DNA of 64,000 nt from Malacoraja senta (taxonomy: Eukaryota), in NCBI GenBank assembly GCA_038087875.1, contig CM075988.1, forward strand, positions 19,160,001 through 19,224,000, read 5' to 3'. The first letter of the stretch is position 1. The number at the start of each line of letters is the position of its first letter. The notes beneath the pieces were generated by a model. It was not told the DNA's origin. It searched no databases and was given only the letters and a program-made list of their open reading frames with translations. Positions 1-12,361 of this stretch are shown piece after piece. The position numbers were made by a program, and so were the translations under genes.

Positions 1-94
1 ATGCATGTGTTGGACCTAATAAAGGGACTAGATAAATCTCCCATTTATAATCAAGCTCCTGTTAAAAAAATCCCAGCTTTAATATTGGAAAACT

Positions 95-810
95 TAGCTT
101 GAGCTATAGGGAGAGGTTGTGCATGGTATGATTTTATTCCTTGGAGCGCAGGAGGCTGAGGGGTGATCTTATTGAGGTGTATACAATCATGAGGGGATTA
201 GATAGGGTGTATGCACAGAGTCTTTACCCAGAGTAGGGGAATTAAGAACCAGAGGACAAAGGTTTAAGGTGAGAGGGGAAAGATTTAATGGGAAGCGTTT
301 TCACACATAGGGTGGTGGGTATATAGAACAAGCTGCCAGAAGAGGTAGTTGAGGAAGGTACAATAACATAATTTAGTTTAGTTTAGAGATACAGCGTGGA
401 AACAGGCTCTTCGGCCCACCAAGTCCATGCCAACCAACAATCCCTGTACACTTTCACTATCCAACACACTAGGGACAATTTGCATTTTTTACCAATGTCA
501 ATTAACCTGCAAACCTGTACATCTTTAGAATGTGGGAGGAAACCGGAGCTCCAAGAGAAAACCAACGCAGTCACGGGGAGAACGTACAAACTCCATACAG
601 ACACAGCACGTAGTCAGGATCGAACCCGGGAATCTGATGCTGTAAGGCAGCAACTCAGCCACTGTGCATCCTTTAAAAAAATATTTTGACAGGTATATGG
701 ATAGGAAAGGCTTAGGGAGATATGGGCCAAATGCGTGCAAATGGGACTGGCTTAGATGATCGGGCCATGATGAGTTGGGCCCGTTTCCGTGCTGTGTGAC
801 TCTATGACAA
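95..810 (+). mobile_element. CR1 3' fragment interrupted by a SINE
   Basis: RRLRGDLIEVY-type sequence and CR1 3' UTR; resumes after 667. Confidence 0.85.
373..667 (-). mobile_element. tRNA-derived V-SINE (HE1-like)
   Basis: tRNA head with B box ggttcgatcc, V-domain, CR1-like tail with (TTTAG)n. Confidence 0.88.
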
Positions 811-1427
811 CGTTGACATTCTGAATTTCCCTGCACTTTTACTCCTCCTGCTGAATATTTTTACCAGACCCGTCAGGAGCGTTGTGTGGTGTGGGCATGC
901 TGATGGAATTCGTATCACTATTCCTCAAGGGAAGCATCATCAGGAGAGGCTGGTGCCCATCTTGCCACGTCACCACGACTTCTTTTAATTTACAATCCAA
1001 TTCTCATCTTGGGTGATTTCAAACTGCCGATGATCTATTAGCTCGAGAACTATAAATCAAAATCGCCAGAAGCATCAAAGCTTGCCCAACAGCTCTGGGT
1101 TTCTATCTGGAGTCTAGCCCATACTAATGGATTAAGGCCTTCCTCTGAAAACCATTTGCATTTAATATTTTAATATAATGAATAGCTCAACTTTTCCAAC
1201 AATGTTTCCAGCAACCAATCTACGACTCTCTGACCTAAATTTCAACCAGTTAATTATGTTGGAACCAAAATTCTCACGGGTCTTGCCCGGACCTAATGAA
1301 TCATCGTTCTGTGACTCCCAAAATAAAACTGCACGAGTTTCATCCAGTGAATCAAATGGGCACAAAGTCGTGGTTCACTGCTATTTACTCCTGATAGTCA
1401 ATGGAAAAAAACATGGATTACGTATGT

Positions 1428-1630
1428 AGGAAGGAACTGCAGATGCTGGTTCAACCCGAAGATAGACGCAAAAAGATGGAGTGACTCAGTGGGTCAGGCA
1501 GCATCTCGGGAGAAAAGGAATAGGTGACGTTTCAGGTCGAGTCCCTTCTTCAGACTGAGAGTCAGGGGAAAGGGAAACAAGAGATATAGACGGTGATATA
1601 GAGAGATATAGAACAGATGAATGACGAGAC
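1428..1630 (-). mobile_element. Penelope-like terminal (pLTR) fragment with hammerhead-like core
   Basis: gacgtttcaggtcgagtcccttcttcagac is the reverse complement of CTGAAGA...GAAACGTC. Confidence 0.75.
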
Positions 1631-1754
1631 TACATCTTCAATACCCTGGGAGTCATAAACTCAAAATGTGCCAGCCCAACAGATATCATGACTACGAGAT
1701 CTATAAATAGGCCCAAGCTCACGTTCACTGGAGCCTTGTGACCTATCATCATGG

Positions 1755-1985
1755 AATGAAGGGTGGTGAATCTGTGGAATTCTTTGCCACAGAAGGGTGT
1801 GGAGGTCAAGTCAGTGAACATATAGCAGAGATAGATAGATTATTGATTAGTACGGGTGTCAGAGGTTATGAGGAGAAGGCAGGAGAATGGGGTTGGGAGG
1901 GAGAGATAGATCAGACATGATTGAATGGCGTAGACTTGATGGGCCGAATGGCCTCATTCTATTTCTATCATTTATGACCTTATGA
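1755..1985 (+). mobile_element. CR1 3' fragment
   Basis: RVVNLWNSLP-type sequence and 3' UTR. Confidence 0.8.
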
Positions 1986-2179
1986 ATATAGAACAGTTGA
2001 GCACAGGATCAGGCCCTTCAGTCCACCGTGTCTGTACCGAACATGGTGCTAAAGTAACTAATCTCTTCTGATGCCCGTGATCCATCAGAATGAAGTGAAG
2101 AGCAAGGAGATTAATGCTGCTCTATCCTGACCTAAAATTCCCAACCATAACCATAGCATTTGCTTGTTCACTCTCTCAC

Positions 2180-2445
2180 TACCTTCAGCATGATGAGCGT
2201 TTGATGACAGTGGGCCTGTACTCGATGGAGTTTAGAAGAATGAGGGGGGACCTCATTGAAACTTACCGAATAGTGAAAGGCCTGGATTGAGTGGATGTGA
2301 AGAGGATGTTTCCACTACTGGGAGAGTCCAGGACAAGAAGCCATAGCTTCAGAATAAAACATATAGAAAGGAGGTGAGGAGGAATTTCTTTAGGGTGGTC
2401 ATTCTGTAGAATTCATTGCCAGTGGATATTTTTAAGGTGGAGATT
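2180..2445 (+). mobile_element. CR1 3' fragment, left part (DIRS target)
   Basis: GLYSxEFRRMRGDLIETY-type sequence; continues at 7212. Confidence 0.85.
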
Positions 2446-2671
2446 AGTAAGATTAAACGAGAACTTACCAGTTTGAAGTTTGATCTTTATTTTATGAGGA
2501 GTTACGTTGGTGATTACGTGAAGAACCCCGTCAGGGCGCATGCGCATCAATCTTCAAAGCAGCGGTATGAAATCACAGACAACACCATAATTGAAGTAAC
2601 ATATTAAGATGATCAACATGAGAACTACCATTATGACCTTTTTTCTATGAGAGAGGGTTGGGCGTGGCAGG

Positions 2672-2783
2672 CACGTAATCACCAACGTAACTCCTCATAA
2701 AATAAAGATCAAACTTCAAACTGGTAAGTTCTCGTTTAATCTTACTATTTTACTTCGGAGTCACGTGAGTGACTACATGAAGA
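2672..2783. repeat. Internal complementary region (ICR) of DIRS copy 1
   Basis: 2672-2746 is the reverse complement of 2446-2520; 2747-2783 is the reverse complement of about 7175-7211; junction ...cttact|attttacttcgg... Confidence 0.95.
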
Positions 2784-2995
2784 TTTTAAAGCTCTGTGAT
2801 TTTTATGCCGCAGATCAAAATCCCGGCTTCTCACTGCATCGATTGACTCCGAGTATCATCAATAATGCTGTAAACATGACATTGCATATCATGCAAAAAT
2901 AAACAGTTTTATTTTTTGGTCATAAAACAACCAATAAACCCTCTTAATGTAGGGGCAACAAACGAAACAGAATGAAACAGTATTGAAAACAGACT

Positions 2996-3966
2996 TTAAA
3001 CAATAGCAACAGCACTCAATATTGAGTTGGCAAACAGCCCTCCATCGGCAATCGGCCGATGGTAGTATTGCTGAAAACACAAGTTCATTTTTCCAAACTG
3101 CAGCTTTTAATATATGGTCGATGGGAACGTCCATCGCCCTGGCCGCAGATGTTGCTACTGCACTAGTGGAATGAGATGTAAACACATAAATGTTAATTCC
3201 TGCCTGAACCAACTCTTGCTTTAACCACCTTGAGATAGTCTGAACTGCCACTCATTTATGTTGGCTTCTTGTAACTGACAAATAATCCTGTTTCTTCTTG
3301 TCTTAAAGCCCTTGTGGCTTCAATGTAATGTAACAAATGTGTCGTTATACATAAACATGGTGCTGTAGGATATGCTGAGAACACAATCTTAAATCCTGTC
3401 ACACCTGGGCTGCTTTGTTTGAGCAGGTCAGAAATATAAACAGAACATTCTCTGTATTCACTTCCATTCTCTCGAACTGAAGTTTTTGCAAAGTCTGCAC
3501 TCTCTGTACTGATACCAATGCCATTAGCATAGCCAATTTCATGGTTAATTTTAACAGTTATAGACGTGACAGGGACCCAATGACGAAGTATGTTAAGAAC
3601 AACGCTTACCTCGCAAATTACCATATACGTAGGCTTAGGCGGTTTGGAATTAAAGATTCCTTTTATCAACCTGGATATGAGAGGGTGAGAACCTATACTT
3701 TGTGTCCGTGTACCTATTACAAGATATGCCGACAAAACACTTCTAGCTGTATTGATAGCACTATAGCTATGACCCTCATCATAATAAAGTGTAGATAAAA
3801 CTCTAACACATTTTCAATAACTACAGTATCATATTGAATATTCTTTTGAACACAATATTGTCCCCATTTTTTTTTCTTTTTTCGTAAGTCATATACTGCT
3901 TTTGAGTACTCTTTCTCCAGGCCGCAGTGAGTATATCCACCGTTGGCCTAGAAAGTCCTCGACCAA
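2996..3966 (-). pseudogene. DIRS tyrosine recombinase, frameshifted (copy 1)
   Basis: Fragments IGSHPLISRLIKGIFNSKPPKP, DLLKQSSPG, ISRWLK, FTSHSTSA (HxxR Arg lost), ILKAAVW; colinear with copy 2. Confidence 0.9.
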
Positions 3967-3978
3967 TGTAAGGCATTC

Positions 3979-5680
3979 TTAAAACCTGCAAATTAACAAA
4001 TCCATACGATCACATAACGGATGAACTTAACGCGTGACTGGATGCTCCAGCAAATTCCTACTGTTTGGAATCAGCAAAAAGAGGTTGGATCGCTATCTGT
4101 AACATCAAAGGGAACCATGGTTGAATCGGGCAATTTGGTATCACCAAAACCCCTGAAGCGGCATCCTGCTTGATTTTCTCAAACACCGACCTATGAGGCA
4201 GAATGGTGGGAAAATGTACACAAACATATCATCCCAATTTAGTGAAAAAGCATCAATTGCCACTGCCCCTGGATCTGGTGCCTATGAAACATATTTTGGC
4301 CTTCCATATAGAAGTACTATGTTCTTGGACCCATCCTGGTTCCATATCCACTCTGTGTTATGACGGAATTTTCGTGAGCTGCCATCTGGTACTACATTAA
4401 GTTTCCCTGGCAGATAGATTTCTCCAATCCAAATCTCTCTATCCCTACTCCAGGTCCAATTGTATTTGCCAACCTGTCACATGATAACGATTTGATTCCA
4501 CCCATGTGATTCATATCAGCAACTGCTGTAGAGTTGTCTATTTTGCACTGCACATGCAAACTAGTTTAGTTAGTGCCATAAGCCTTGAGTCCATAAAATA
4601 CTCTTGGTTAATTCCCCATGTATGCAGAAGCAATGTTCATCTGTCTCCACAGCTGGATCTTGTATCAGTAGCACCCTACCCAAGTGCTCTGACATCTCTC
4701 TGCAAATCATGGAAGCTTGGTCCAATAACACTTTGGAACTACTAGTGGACACATGCTGAATCCACCATTGCACATCAACAACAGCCTCTATTGATAGAAG
4801 CATAGGTCTATTATAATGACCCCAATGTATCCTCAATGCTTGTTCCTTTGACCTTTGTAATTGTAGATAATAAAGTGGCCATATTGAACTGCTGGGAATG
4901 CTGCCAGCCATTACCACAGCAGACTTGTGACCTGGTTAATTGAAGGCTGTGTGTCAGCAATTAACTTGATACAGCTCTTAATTAGCTCTACCCTTTTTTG
5001 CCTGGGCAAGGTCACAATGATGTTGATTAAGTCCATTGTGAACCCAACTAGTCAATTTGTGTCACAGGTATAAATTTAGATTTCTCTGGATAGTTTATAA
5101 CGCCCAATTAAAAAATGTTTTTTACCAACTGCCACTGATGCTTCAGCTGTTTCCTTTGATTGTCCTACAATCAAGATATTATCTAGTTAAGCCATGAGCA
5201 CATGCCCTTGACTTCTCATCATGCCTAGAATAGGTTTTAACAACTTTGTAATCCTTCTAGGAGCTGAAGACAAACCATTAGGCAGTGGATTGTATTGGCA
5301 TCTTCCATCCTGCAAATGAACAGACACTGAATCCGCATCTTTAAGATCTCCTTGACAAACGTTTCCATCTTAAAATGTCTATACCGTACAAAAGGGTTAA
5401 GACTATTCAGGTCCGTATAATTCTGCATCCCCCCATCCTTTTTTTGTCTGGGAAAGATATTGGACACAAACTGATGGCTTTGGTAAACTGCCTTAGCAAT
5501 TACATCTTTATTACATAAGCTTGCAAGTTCCAGCTGAACTTCCAATTGTTCAGTGATACTGAAGTCAAACTCCTTTTTGGAACATGTTGCATGGGTAAAT
5601 CAGAATTTGCATTAAGCTTTATTCGATGCCCTTGAATAACCTTCAGTATAAACATATCTGAGGTAAACATTTAATTGTGT
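3979..5680 (-). pseudogene. DIRS RT-RNaseH-methyltransferase, heavily disrupted (copy 1)
   Basis: FVSNIFPRQKKDG, LNPFVRYRHFKMET, A*LDNIL at the YxDD site, DVQWW; several deletions relative to copy 2. Confidence 0.9.
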
Positions 5681-7030
5681 CACATTAGATCTGTCTACAT
5701 GAGAACCAGACCCTCTTACCTCCTTACCACCTGGCATTCTTCCCCGGCCTTGAGCTGGATATCTCACCTCCCTGGCGGTGCTACAGCTGAACGCCAACTG
5801 CGCTGCATCGTAGCTGGACTCGTCCCTTGCCCGGACCAGTCTGCTCCCTTATAGGGATACTCCCGCTTTGGTGAATATGTGGCTGCCGTCTTAGCCTCCT
5901 CCTCCAGCTCGCCAAACAGCTGTGCCGGTTGCACTGTGCCAGGCTGGGAGAGTGAAGCATATTTAGCATTGATGGTTGGTCTAATCGCAGTCTTGCGGAG
6001 ACAGTTGATCTCAAAGTGGGCACTCCACAATAGCACCTTTTGTTGTAATTTGTCATGGCCTCTCCATCCACCATCCTGGCAAAGCTCGTTATACCAGATG
6101 CCAGCAACTTTAAAAATATGCTGGAGCTTCACATGCTCCTGGGCTCTCATTAGTATGCCCATCTTGCCCCAATTCTTCCTGTTCCCAACAGGAACTTTTA
6201 ACAGTCCACAGTTGATTGGGGCTTCATGTTTCGTTACTGTCTCATCCATTGTCAGCTCCTGTAGCTGATGTGAGACTTGGTAATTTATGCTGGTGGCAAG
6301 TTCCTCACCCAGAGGCTCACCAGCGTCCGATGACATGGTAAACCGTGCTGCACATGGTGTCAGCTCTGGCAGCTGCCTGCCCTCCCTTTGGAAGTCGTCG
6401 GACTCGGGGTCAGAGCGTATCTGCCCTTCTGCACTCACCTCTTGCAAAGAGGGTGCTTTCAAGCAGGCCTCTACTAGGCACTGCCAGCGGAGCCTTCCCT
6501 AAGGCTTCCCGCCTGCACAACTCCTCCTGGAGTGTGGCTTTGTGAAGCAGGCCTCTCCTAGGCACTGCCAGCGGAGCCTTCCCTATGGCTTCCCGCCTGC
6601 ACTACTCCTCCTGGAGTATGGCTTTGTGAAGCAGGCCTCTACTAGGCACTGCCAGCGGAGCCTTCTCTATGGCTTCCCGCCTGCACTACTCCTCCTGGAG
6701 CGTCTCTGTGGAGCAGCCCCTGTATGAGCTGCTCCTTTTGGATAACCGCTGGGGAACGGTATCCTGTCCCCGACGGGACTCTCCTGGCCCGACTCTGCCA
6801 AGTCTATAGCCCTGACAGACTTGGCTTATGCCGACCACCCGACTGGCATTGGCTGTGTACCCGGCTGGGCACTTTGCCAAGTCTGTCGCCGCACCGCTAC
6901 CGGCTTGCGACTCCCCCGAGGTGACAGGCTGCCTTTCAGAGACTGCGCTCCCGCAACGCTCTCTCTCCTTGTCGGCAGCAGACCTGCACCTTTTCCTTGT
7001 TCCTGTATGTGGGGGAAAACACAGAAACAA
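5681..7030 (-). pseudogene. DIRS gag, frameshifted (copy 1)
   Basis: ORF pieces 6686-7030, 5764-6462 and 5781-6107 match the 443-aa gag ORF of copy 2. Confidence 0.85.
6461..6712. repeat. Three 84-bp tandem repeats inside DIRS copy 1 gag
   Basis: Unit aagcaggcctct...ctttgtg starts at 6461, 6545 and 6629; single unit in copy 2 (about 20926-21010). Confidence 0.92.
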
Positions 7031-7211
7031 TGTCTTTACTTTTCTCTAACTCCTCCAAAGTCTCCCCGACTTTGGTGGAGCTGTAATTACTCACCTGCAG
7101 CAGGAGCTCCGTCCTCCTGCTGCCGTTCGCACCAATGCGTCAGATGTAATGACGCGCATGCGCCCTGATGGGGTTCTTCACGTAGTCACTCACGTGACTC
7201 CGAAGTAAAAT

Positions 7212-7360
7212 GATAGATTCTTGATTAGTGCGGGTGTCAGGGGTTATGTGGAGAAGGCAGGAGAATAGTGTTGAGAGGGAAAGATAGAGCAGCCATGATT
7301 GATTGATGGAGTTGAAATTGATTGAACTAATGGCCTAATTCTGCACATATAACTTATAGA
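7212..7360 (+). mobile_element. CR1 3' fragment, right part (DIRS target)
   Basis: gatagattcttgattagt...ggagaaggcaggagaa directly continues 2445. Confidence 0.85.
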
Positions 7361-7599
7361 CTGAGTACGGCATTGTACTGCCTTCAACTTTCCTTTACAA
7401 TAATTGGAATATTAATTCTCCACATTGAAATTAAAATGATTACATAGTGCACCATTTCATTTTCATATCCAAGCATATGATGGGATTATTTAATTTTCAC
7501 CTTTCTTTGTGTTAAAATTTGAAAGTGGAACATTTGAGAGAAATGAAAGGGTTGTTCCACATGCTGTATCATTAGTCTCCCATCCACAACATGACAGCA

Positions 7600-8660
7600 A
7601 AGAGCAAAACACAAAGTGCTGGAGGAACTCAGCGGGTCAGGCAGCACCTGTGGAGTGAATGGACAGAAGACATCGTTTCGGGTCGGGACCCTTCTTCGGA
7701 CTGATGGAGTATGAGGGAGAAAGCTGATTTTAAAAAAAGTGAGTGGAATAGGGGGAGGGGAAACGTTCTCCACCCACACCATCTGATGAAAGGTCCCCAC
7801 CCAAAACGTCATCTGTCCATTGCCTGTACAGGTGGGGGGCAGGGCAAATCCTGGCAAGTGATGGGTGGATACAGGTGAGGTCGGCAGGTTTGGTTGACAG
7901 ATGGGTGGGGATAATGAGAAAGGATGGAGTTGAAGAAATAATGATGTCAGATAAGGAGAGAAGACGCAGAGTGTGACGATTGTGGGAGGGATATGGATGG
8001 AAAGAGACTGGGGGAGGGAGTAAATGGGAATATGAGACTGGAGGATGGGAGAAGAGTGTGGATCATGTGGGGAAGTACCAGGGTTACTGGGGTGGTGGGA
8101 GATGGTGGGAGAGATGGGTGTGCATCTGGGTGGGAGGTAGGGGGTGACGAATGGTGAAAGGGAGGGGTGAGAGGACCCCTCTCCCATCCTCCCCATGTCC
8201 CATATTTATTTTTATCCTCTCTTTCCCCTCTCCCCAGTCACCTTAAGGTCATAAAGTCATAAGGAATTGTGGAATTAGGCCATTCGGCCCATCAAGTCTA
8301 CTCCTCCATTTAACCATGGTTGAATCTCTCCTTCCTAACCATATTCTCCTGCCTTCTCCCCATAACCTCTGACACCTGTACTAATCAAGAATTGATTAGT
8401 CCTTTCACCTACATCTTTCCCTCCAGCTTCACATTTAGCTCCTTCCTTATCGGCAACTTTTTTCTCTCCTTTCCACTGTCTCCATCCATCTGCTAATCAT
8501 ACACCCTAACCTGTATCCACCTATCATGGCCCAAACTTTGCTCCACCCCACCTCTCTTTTCCAGCTTTCTCGCCCCTAGTCCATCAGTCTGAAGAAGGGC
8601 CGTGAACCAAAATGTCATCTGCCCATTCCCTCCATAGATGCTGCCTGACCCACTGAGTTT
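7600..8660. mobile_element. Degenerate inverted Penelope-derived terminal fragments with a nested CR1 tail (about 8245-8400)
   Basis: pLTR motifs at about 7610-7705 (-), 7783-7820 (+) and 8585-8658 (+); purine/pyrimidine-skewed arms. Confidence 0.6.
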
Positions 8661-9434
8661 GGTTTAGTTTGGTTTAAAGGCACAGAGTGGAAACAGGCCC
8701 TTCGGCCCACCCCACCGACCAGCGATCCCCGCACATTAACACTATCCTACACACACGCGGGACAATTTACATTTATACCAAGCCAATTATACCTACAAAC
8801 CTGTATGTCTTTGGATTGCGGGATCGAATCGAAGATCTCGGAGAAAACCCATGCAGGCCACGGGGAGAACGGACAAACTATTTAATGGCAATTTCTTAAC
8901 TTTCTAATGTCCAACTTTTGACTGCCATTACTACTCGGAGATGTAGAAGAGATATAGCTTACACACTCGCAGATAGTAAAACTAACTTAAGTTAGTTACT
9001 GTTAGTATATTATTGCCATGTCTAGATATTTCTTATTCCAATACAAATTGTAACTTTTCATTCTTACTAAATGTTTCATCCGTGTCATGTCGTGTAGCGT
9101 CATGTGGTAAAAACTGTTGTCTCATCCATCCCTCAAGGCTAAACTGACCAGCCCGCTCTCTGTGGCTATACTAGCCTCCTCAGATGTCAACTGTCCATCT
9201 GGTCATCTGTCCAGGATGTCAATTCCTCGCACGCCTTCGACGTATCAAATCCCACCCACAAGCATACAAATAGATACAGCTAGAAATATCGAGACATGGC
9301 TATAATATACTAACAGTAACTAACTTAAGCATAACTGGCTCCAACAAACTCCGTACAGACAACACCCGTAGTCAGGATCGAACCCGTGTCTCTGGTGCTG
9401 TGAGCCAACACCTCTACCACAGCGCCACCGTGCT
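8657..9434 (-). mobile_element. V-SINE split by a 464-bp insertion
   Basis: SINE stops at 8879 and resumes at 9344 with ACAAACT duplicated. Confidence 0.85.
8986..9329. repeat. 48-bp inverted repeats bounded by TTAA (MITE-like unit)
   Basis: 8986-9033 vs 9282-9329, two mismatches. Confidence 0.85.
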
Positions 9435-10750
9435 GTCACCATTCGTCCAGGACTTTGTGTTTTGCTCAAGATCCCAGCATCTGCAATTTTTTATGCAATT
9501 TATGTCCACAGCAAAGAGCAAATTGGGAATCAAATTAGAAAAGTCCAACGAAATGCACTGCTTGTTGTCCTGGATGTTAGAGGGAGGTGCTGGACATTGA
9601 GCACGTTACATTGCCCTGTCACGGAGTGGGGGTGTGGGGAGCAAGCTTTGAAGAGGAGTCCTGTGGAGTTCAAAACCCAGTCAATTGAAAATGAAGATAT
9701 TATGAAGTCAAAGAGAAGATCGTGACAGAGAGAAGAAAGCAGCAAGCTGACAGGATTGGAATATAGATTATATCTCGCAGAATGTTCAATGAACTAAAAC
9801 AACTAAATAATTATATAGCATGCATCATTAGCACAAACAACTTACATTAACACTGCATCTTCAGTGAAGTAAAACATCTCACTGCGCATGGATATATTAA
9901 AACAAGCTGCCAGGACGAAGCAGAGAGGGGAGTGGGGAGAGGAGAAGGGGGCAATATTCAGAGCTTCAGGTCTTGGCAGATGAAGGCACTGCTTATCCAC
10001 ATGGGAGCGACCCAAATCAGGGATGTTCAAGATCCTGAAATAGACAAACTCGATGGCCTGGGAGAGTTGGAGGCGATGCAGTGGTGGGGAGAGACAGTAG
10101 CATCAAGGCACTTGAAAGCCAAGACATGAATTTCAAGTTGTCAGTGTAGACGGGAGTGAGGGAGACTGGGGAGGAGGCACTGGATGAACTCAAGCTGATG
10201 GAACGTGCAAGGGAAGTATTGGAAGCGGTGAGTGGAGGGGCAACAAAGTAGGTTTCAGCAATGGTGGCTTGAGACAGGGACAGAGATGAGCAAAATGGAC
10301 CTAGCCACTTTGATATTGTAATTTGGTGGCATGGCAAGTGCCACATGTTTTTACTCCAAATGATGACGATCTATGAGTAATGAAGGAAAGCATTTGCAGA
10401 CGGGCATAAAAGCAAAGGTGGATAATGAATGGTGTGGATGAACAAAGGGACCTTCGAGTCTATGTCCACAAGATAGGTCAATGAGATGACAAAGGCACAC
10501 AGGATGGGCCTGTTCCTGTGATGTACTGTTCTATGTTCTATGTACTTTGTTCAACCTGGTCACCGTATTACAGGAAGAATGTGATTGCATTGGAGAAGGT
10601 GCAGAGGAGGTTTATGAAGATACATTGAACACATAATATAGAACATAGAACAAACAGTATAGCACAGGAACAGGCCTTTTGGCCCACAATGTCTGTGCCA
10701 AACATTATACCAAGATAAACTAATCTCTTCTCCCTGCACATGATACTTAT

Positions 10751-10786
10751 CAGTCTGAAGAAGGGTCTCGACCCGAAACGTCGCCC
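10751..10786 (+). ncRNA. Minimal hammerhead-ribozyme-like motif in a Penelope-derived repeat
   Basis: CTGAAGA-A-GGGT(CTCG)ACCC-GAAA-CG-TC; stem I only about 2 bp. Confidence 0.6.
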
Positions 10787-10995
10787 ATTCCTTCTCTCCA
10801 AAGATGCTGCCTCACCCGCTGAGTTACCCCAGCATTTTGTGTCTATCAACATATCCCTCCATTCCCTGCATATCCATGTACTTATCTAAAAGCCTCTTAA
10901 ATGCCTCTACAGTATCTGCCTCCAAAACCAGCCCTGGCATGCCGTTCCAAGCACCCACCTCTCTCTATGTGATAAACTTGCCCCCCACTATGGAG

Positions 10996-11318
10996 TGGCA
11001 TGATGGTGCAATGGTGCATTCCTGCCACACAGTGCCAGAGACCTGGGTTTGATCCTGACTACGGGTGCTTGTCTGTATGGAGTTTGTACGTTCTCCCTGT
11101 GAGAGCATGGGTTTTGTCCGGGTGCTCCGGTTTTCTCCCACACTCCCGCACTTCAAAGACGTACAGGTTTGCAGGTTAATTGGTTTGGCAAGTTGTAAAA
11201 ATACTGTCCCTGTATGTGTAGGTTGGTGTGTGGGATGCTCGCTGGTTGGCACCAACTCTGTGGACTGAGGTGCGTGTTTCCGCACTGCATCTCTAAAGTC
11301 TGGAATTTAAAGTAAAAG
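10996..11318 (+). mobile_element. V-SINE
   Basis: tRNA head, V-domain, tail. Confidence 0.85.
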
Positions 11319-11494
11319 TAACACATCTCCTTTATGTTCGGACTGGATGAATTGGAGTAATGGCTTGAGGTTTGAAGACAGAAGGTCGTATTAATTGATG
11401 CGTGTAAGATTATAGCTGGCCTTGAAAGAATAAATAGATGAGGAGTCAGAGCACAAAGTGAAAATATGCTAAGTAATTGATTGAAGGATGAGAA

Positions 11495-12212
11495 TCATAG
11501 AGTCTTACAGCACGCAAATAAGCACAGGGGCCCAATTCGTCCATGCCGACCAAGACAAAAAATAGACATATTTGACATTTGGCCCTTATCACTCTGAACC
11601 TTTCCCATCCATGTACCTGTCCAAGTGTCTTTTAAATCCTGTTATAGCACCTGCCTCAACTACCTCCTCTGGCAGCTCATTTCATATACCTACCACTCTC
11701 TGCGTGAAAAGGTTCCTCTCAGATTCCTCTCACCTTAAACCTATGTCCTCTAGTTTTTCATTCCCTTACTCTGGAAAAAGACTCTTGGCATTCACCCTAT
11801 CTATTCCCCACATGATTTTATACACCTCTATAAGATCCCCCCCTCAGCCTCCTGCACTCCATGGAATAAAGTCCAAGCCTGTTTGACCACTCCCTATAGC
11901 TCAGGCCCTCAAGTCCTGGCAACATCCTCATAAACCTGTACAAACAATGAACTGCAGATGCTGGTTTATACCAAAGAGAGACACAAAGTGCTGTCTGACT
12001 AACTCAGCGGGTCAGACAGCATCTCTGGAGAAAACAGATAGGTGACGTCTTGGGTCAATCCTGAAGATGGGTCCTGACCTGAAACGTCACCTCTCCTTTC
12101 TCTCCAGAGATGCTGCCTGACCCGCTGAGTTACTCCAACATTTTGTGTCCATCCTCATAGACCCTCTCTGCACTCTTTCCCGCTTGATGGCATGCTTCCC
12201 ATAGCGGGGTGA
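11495..12212 (-). mobile_element. CR1 3' fragment with nested Penelope palindrome (about 11945-12150)
   Basis: CR1 antisense sequence stops near 11935 and resumes near 12151. Confidence 0.8.
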
Positions 12213-12361
12213 TCAGAGAGAAGATGAGGGAAATATTTCTCATCCAGAGGACATTTGGAACTGTCTGCCTGACAGGATGCTGAGCTGGAAACCCTCATTA
12301 CATTTCAAGTGTACCTGGATATGCGCAAGAACTGCCAACCTGCAGGAGTATGGAATTTGTT

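Larger units (their letters stand above)
2446..7211 (-). mobile_element. DIRS1-type tyrosine-recombinase retrotransposon, copy 1 (full length, degenerate)
   Basis: Imperfect ITRs (2515-2549 vs 7150-7184), terminal extension 2446-2488, ICR 2672-2783 complementary to both termini; broken gag, RT/RH/MT and YR frames; no TSD; splits a CR1 3' fragment. Confidence 0.95.

Noticed and set aside
860..1429. Short ORFs in unique sequence
   Set aside because: No coherent exon boundaries or recognisable protein
7486..8196. 236-aa Pro/Ser/His-rich ORF
   Set aside because: Product of a purine-skewed degenerate repeat
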